Below the pieces are notes generated by a model. It was not told the DNA's origin, made no database searches, and saw only the letters and a program-made list of their open reading frames with translations. Positions 59,642 through 64,000 of a stretch of DNA of 64,000 nucleotides are shown here, piece after piece (the stretch's first letter is position 1; every line of letters starts with the position of its first letter). The stretch lies in contig OZ024746.1 of the NCBI GenBank assembly GCA_964016885.1, positions 57,784,001 to 57,848,000 of the forward strand, read 5' to 3'. The stretch is from Eledone cirrhosa (taxonomy: Eukaryota). A program made the translations under genes and the position numbers.

Positions 59642-61639
59642 TATAAATGGGGCGGGAAGTGTTTGTTTCTGTGGCTGTTTCTGTGGTTCTGTGGCATATA
59701 TACATATATATATATATATGTATATGCACACAACCTATAATTATTTGCGTGTGTCTGTATGTACATGTGTGTATGTGTCAGTGTGTGTGTGTGTGTATGT
59801 GTGTATATTTGGGCATAGTGATATTCATCAATGAAGAGCTACATGCAACACAGTAACCAAACGTAATGTTCTCTTTCCTCTTTAGGTGTTAGATATCAAC
59901 ATAGCTGACATTTTAGCATTTTACTTACCTGATGAACGTCAGCGAATCAGCGATGTAAATACATTATATTCTAACATCGTTTAGTGACATATATTATATA
60001 CTATATTTTATTATATAGCTATATTTACTTGAATTTAAGTAAGGCAACAAGCAAAATATGTCAGAAAAGAAGATATATCTTTGAAGATCTTTTTTTGAAG
60101 TATAGCGCATTGAATTGTATATATTGGTCTATCTACAAAAGAAGAATGCTGAGAGCATCAATTCTGATTCTTGCTTCGGTAATAACACCACGTACGCATT
60201 GCTAGAATGATATCTAATTAGCAGATCTAAGTCACCCAGCACATATAGAAAAGTACTATTATTAGAGTTGAAGTTTCCGATGTAGTAGAGGTAATTTTCC
60301 CCTTACATCTCCCTTACACGCTTCTCTCTCTCGTTCTCTCACTCTCACTCTCACTCCCCCCCTATATCTCTCCCTCTCTCCCTCTCCCTCTCTCCTTATA
60401 TATATATATGTATAACATATAATGTATATATATAAATAAATAACAAAGTAAACGACACAATACTATGAAGAAATATACAAACAAACACACACACACACAT
60501 ACACACACACATACACACACATACACACACGCACACACACATTCATATATATATAGAGAGAGAGTTAGCCGTCCAGAATTAGCCGTCGAAACGGCTAGAG
60601 CTCAGCCGTCGGGGTCCTACTCGTTCCTATTACCCACTCTACTACCCTAAGTATTGAGTACTTTGGTGCGTTATGGTCCATCTGGTTCTTACCACATTTC
60701 CTTCGTTATATATATATATACGCACTATACAGTTTCTATGTACAATGGTATTTTTGGCTGCCATACTATGGGTAGGCATTCCTTAGTTTCCTCTTAAACT
60801 ATTCCATTGTTTATTTCTGTATATCGAGCAAATCCCATTCGTGTCATTCTTTATGTTATCCTAGAAGTTAGTCATGTCTCCTTTGTACACATTAATCCTG
60901 TCTATTTGGCTTTAGCCAGACGACCGCATGCAGTGGATGAAATGACGTATGTCTCTATCTAACTCTGTTAAGTGACACGTGTAGTAAACGTGTGTCATCA
61001 TTCTTAATAGTTTCGCTGAGATTGCTGAGAAACCGAGAATATTGTAATTTGAGGCTATTGTATTTTTGTTATGAGTTTGCAGGATTTAGACTTTGTCATT
61101 CTTTGTTTCCAGCCAAATTTTTGTGTTTAAAACAGGTAATCAGAATGAAGTTACTTAGTAGGGTATAACTTAATTCTCTAGCGAATTGAGATATCTATTT
61201 GGTGGATGCTAATCATGGTGCCAACTTGACATCACACAAACACGGAAGAAAAACGCAGGTAAAACACACCCAACAAACAACGACAGATCCCCAACGAGAC
61301 TAACACCAGCGACACTACCAGCACATCAACCACCGAATAAAAGGCATGCACAGCCACAACAACTAACAACATCTACAAAAATTCGTGCTAGTAAGAAGGG
61401 CCAACGAAAGACTGATTACTCTCACATTGCGGAGAAAAGAAATTGAGAAGGAGGGGAGATTTTGCTATAAAGATATCAGGGAGAGATTTCCTCTGGTCCT
61501 GAGAATCCTCAACTTAAAAACGACGACTAGACATTTCAAAAGGTAACACCAACCATATATGGATGTTAAATCACCGCGGCGAGTGCCTTAGAGGTAATTA
61601 AACCCCTTTTTTTTCTTTGATCAACCAGCCAGCAACGTT

Positions 61640-62180
61640 GTTATATGAGTAGGTTATTTAAATGTTCGTGACCTGGGGTCATCATAGAAGCAAGACGCTT
61701 GCTGAACGACATCAGGTCATAAGATGTGGATGTACTAGACACTAACACCAAATTTCCACGATTTTATCTTCACGTCTCAGAGTCGGCCGGAAACGAAATG
61801 TGAGATAACATTGTTGTTTAGAAAAGGCCTGGATGTCGAGGTACAGACACGTTTCCTGGCCCGGACGGTTAGTTGGTGGCTCTGGATGTGGGCAATAGCG
61901 AAGGTGGCGTCTTCAGACTGGTGGTTGTCCATGCCCCGTCCGGTGCTGGACTGATGGATTTAGCTAGACGTCTGGAAGGCTTTCTTGAAAAGTATCACTC
62001 TCTACTGTTAGCAGTGGACTGCAACAGTATGTTAGATGTAGGCTGGGGTTGTGTGAGAGTATGTGATAGAAGTTGGGATGCAAAACCCTCAAGTACCTAA
62101 TTAGACAGTTCCAACTGGCTGCCAGGTAGCGGGTAGGTTTGCAGAATGCGCCAATTCGGACCTGGATGAATCTCATAGGG
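61640..62180 (+). mobile_element. L1/Tx1-like LINE AP-endonuclease fragment
   Basis: VGYLNVRDL, LLNDIRS, GRLVALDV...FRLVVVHAP, LLLAVDCN (GDFN-like), TWMN. Confidence 0.75.
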
Positions 62181-62209
62181 CATGTATATCGTATATATAT
62201 ATATATATA

Positions 62210-62640
62210 TATTGTTATACTTTGGGAGGGTCATGTTGCAAATAAGAAACACACGCACCAGTTGCGTTCACTTCAATTTATTATAGATTAAATTTATAAA
62301 TTTAGGAATTTATAAATTTCCGGCTTATTTTCTTTGTTTTTGTGCCTCACAAAGGAGAGGCACAAAAACAAAGAAAATAATCCCCAGTCACTGAAGATGT
62401 CAGAGAATGTGTAACGAAAGAACTTTGACAATATATGAACAATCGTCTGGTTGTGGAACCAACCCGCCAACCGGAAATTTATAAATTCCTATATTTATAA
62501 ATTGAATTTATAATAAATTGAAGTGCAAGCATTGGTGCGTGTGTTTCTTATTGGCAACATGACCCTCCCAAAGCATAACAATATCGGTTTCAACACACGT
62601 TTTCAGATAAAGAATCTTACTAAACAAATTCAGAAACGAA
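62210..62640 (+). mobile_element. Fold-back pLTR of the 1681-1953 family with degenerate HHR (62387-62429)
   Basis: 62387-62640 aligns with 1686-1953; 62210-62323 is inverted at 62470-62583. Confidence 0.85.
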
Positions 62641-62641
62641 A

Positions 62642-62706
<65 letters not shown>

Positions 62707-63465
62707 ATATGCAATATACATGTATGCGCACTTCTATTATTGATACAAAAATAACACACACACAGCAATAAATAATGCACTTCTACGAAATTCACTGATC
62801 TGCATACACATAACAGCACCCATGTAAGACCTGGCCACTCTGCCTATACCCCCATACACGTAGGTCCGAATAATCGTCTACATTCCAGTTTTCTTTTATC
62901 CTTTTTTTTTTCCAAACTCCGAAAAACGAAATGAAATGTTTTGAAGGGTAAATCTTAAAAAGCATTTTTTTAACAGATGGATTCCCGCAGTGTCGCACTC
63001 TACCTAGTGTACTTAGGTTCCATTTCATAAAATAGCATCTGAAAACCAAGTCAAAGCGCTGTCCGTGGAGCAAAACACAAGACAACATGGTTAAGCATTC
63101 ACATGTACACATTGAATTTTATATAATTTTCATAGAATCTGTTACTCTCGTGAGACTGAGAAAAGTACGTAAATAAAATAAAGAGAAACTGAATGAATAA
63201 TAAAGACAAGAACAAAGCAATATATACATTTAAAAATGTAAACCATTAACATTATTGTGAGAAGAAGAGAAAATACGCACGTCACAGGATAGTAATAATA
63301 AACTCAAGAAAATTAACAAAAAGATCAGACGACGAACGTTAACAAGGCAAAATGAAAATAAAATTGTTGAAGCCGAAAACTTAACATATTTTTAAAATAT
63401 ATAATACACACGGAAGACACAGACCTCCAAGGACTTCAGCCGTTGATATGTATAGGCGATTGTAT

Positions 63466-63513
63466 GCATCTGATGATTTCTCACGAATGAAACAGTTCTA
63501 CTCCTGTAGAGGC
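63466..63513 (+). ncRNA. Hammerhead, partly degenerate
   Basis: CTGATGA-tttc(tcac)gaat-GAAA-cag(ttctactc)ctg-TA-gaggc; stem I is damaged. Confidence 0.6.
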
Positions 63514-63595
63514 TCTTCTATATTAAAACTTTTATACTCTGCTATGTATTGAGTACCTTACTTACTGTGGTTACCTCCGATTCAACCCGGAATAA

Positions 63596-63664
<69 letters not shown>

Positions 63665-63791
63665 AAAGTTATATTTAAATTGTTGTGTTACAACTAGTAA
63701 ATATTTATAACTGATATAAAAGCACTCGACAAATATTTGGAGTATATTTACAATATTAAATAAATGGAAACTATATTTATAAAACCATATT

Positions 63792-63857
63792 TATTTCATT
63801 ATATATATTTCAGGGATAACATATTAACAATATGCTATGCCTTCCTCAGACAAAATA
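63792..63857 (-). ncRNA. Type I hammerhead ribozyme in pLTR 63661-64000
   Basis: tattttgt-CTGAGGA-agg-c-atagcatatt(gtt)aatatgttat-c-cct-GAAA-tatata-TA-atgaaata; followed by a perfect inverted repeat 63857-63921/63936-64000. Confidence 0.88.
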
Positions 63858-64000
63858 CAATATAAACAGTTTTATAGATAAATAGATTCGACATACCGTA
63901 CCAACATCTACTTGCATTTGACCAAATCAACCTTCTCAAATGCAAGTAGATGTTGGTACGGTATGTCGAATCTATTTATCTATAAAACTGTTTATATTGT

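Overview
AT-rich, microsatellite-saturated animal DNA. The dominant SINE matches, from memory, the abundant Octopus tRNA-derived SINE, so a cephalopod source is likely (inference). No intact host gene is evident, and almost all listed ORFs ([12 protein letters not shown]) are microsatellite artefacts. The window is dominated by (TA)n-inserted Penelope-like retroelements (PLEs) with RT, a CxCx5Cx5C linker and a C-terminal GIY-YIG domain (Hydra-clade-like). Six decayed coding copies are present, plus many non-coding pseudo-LTR (pLTR) remnants, most of them folded back on themselves. These remnants carry about 20 hammerhead-ribozyme (HHR) motifs from roughly a dozen sequence families. They include a 534-bp retrozyme-like tandem/inverted array, core variants (UUGAAAA, CAGAAGA) and a possible type II fold. 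An RCTC...GAGY hairpin recurs just before the TA junction in about 11 unrelated families. Also present are ~14 SINE copies, a decayed mariner, RTE/R4/Tx1 LINE fragments, a probable LTR, and a decayed segment resembling a hepe-like RNA-virus Y domain (possible endogenous viral element, EVE). All alignments and folds were done by eye; coordinates of degenerate repeats are approximate.
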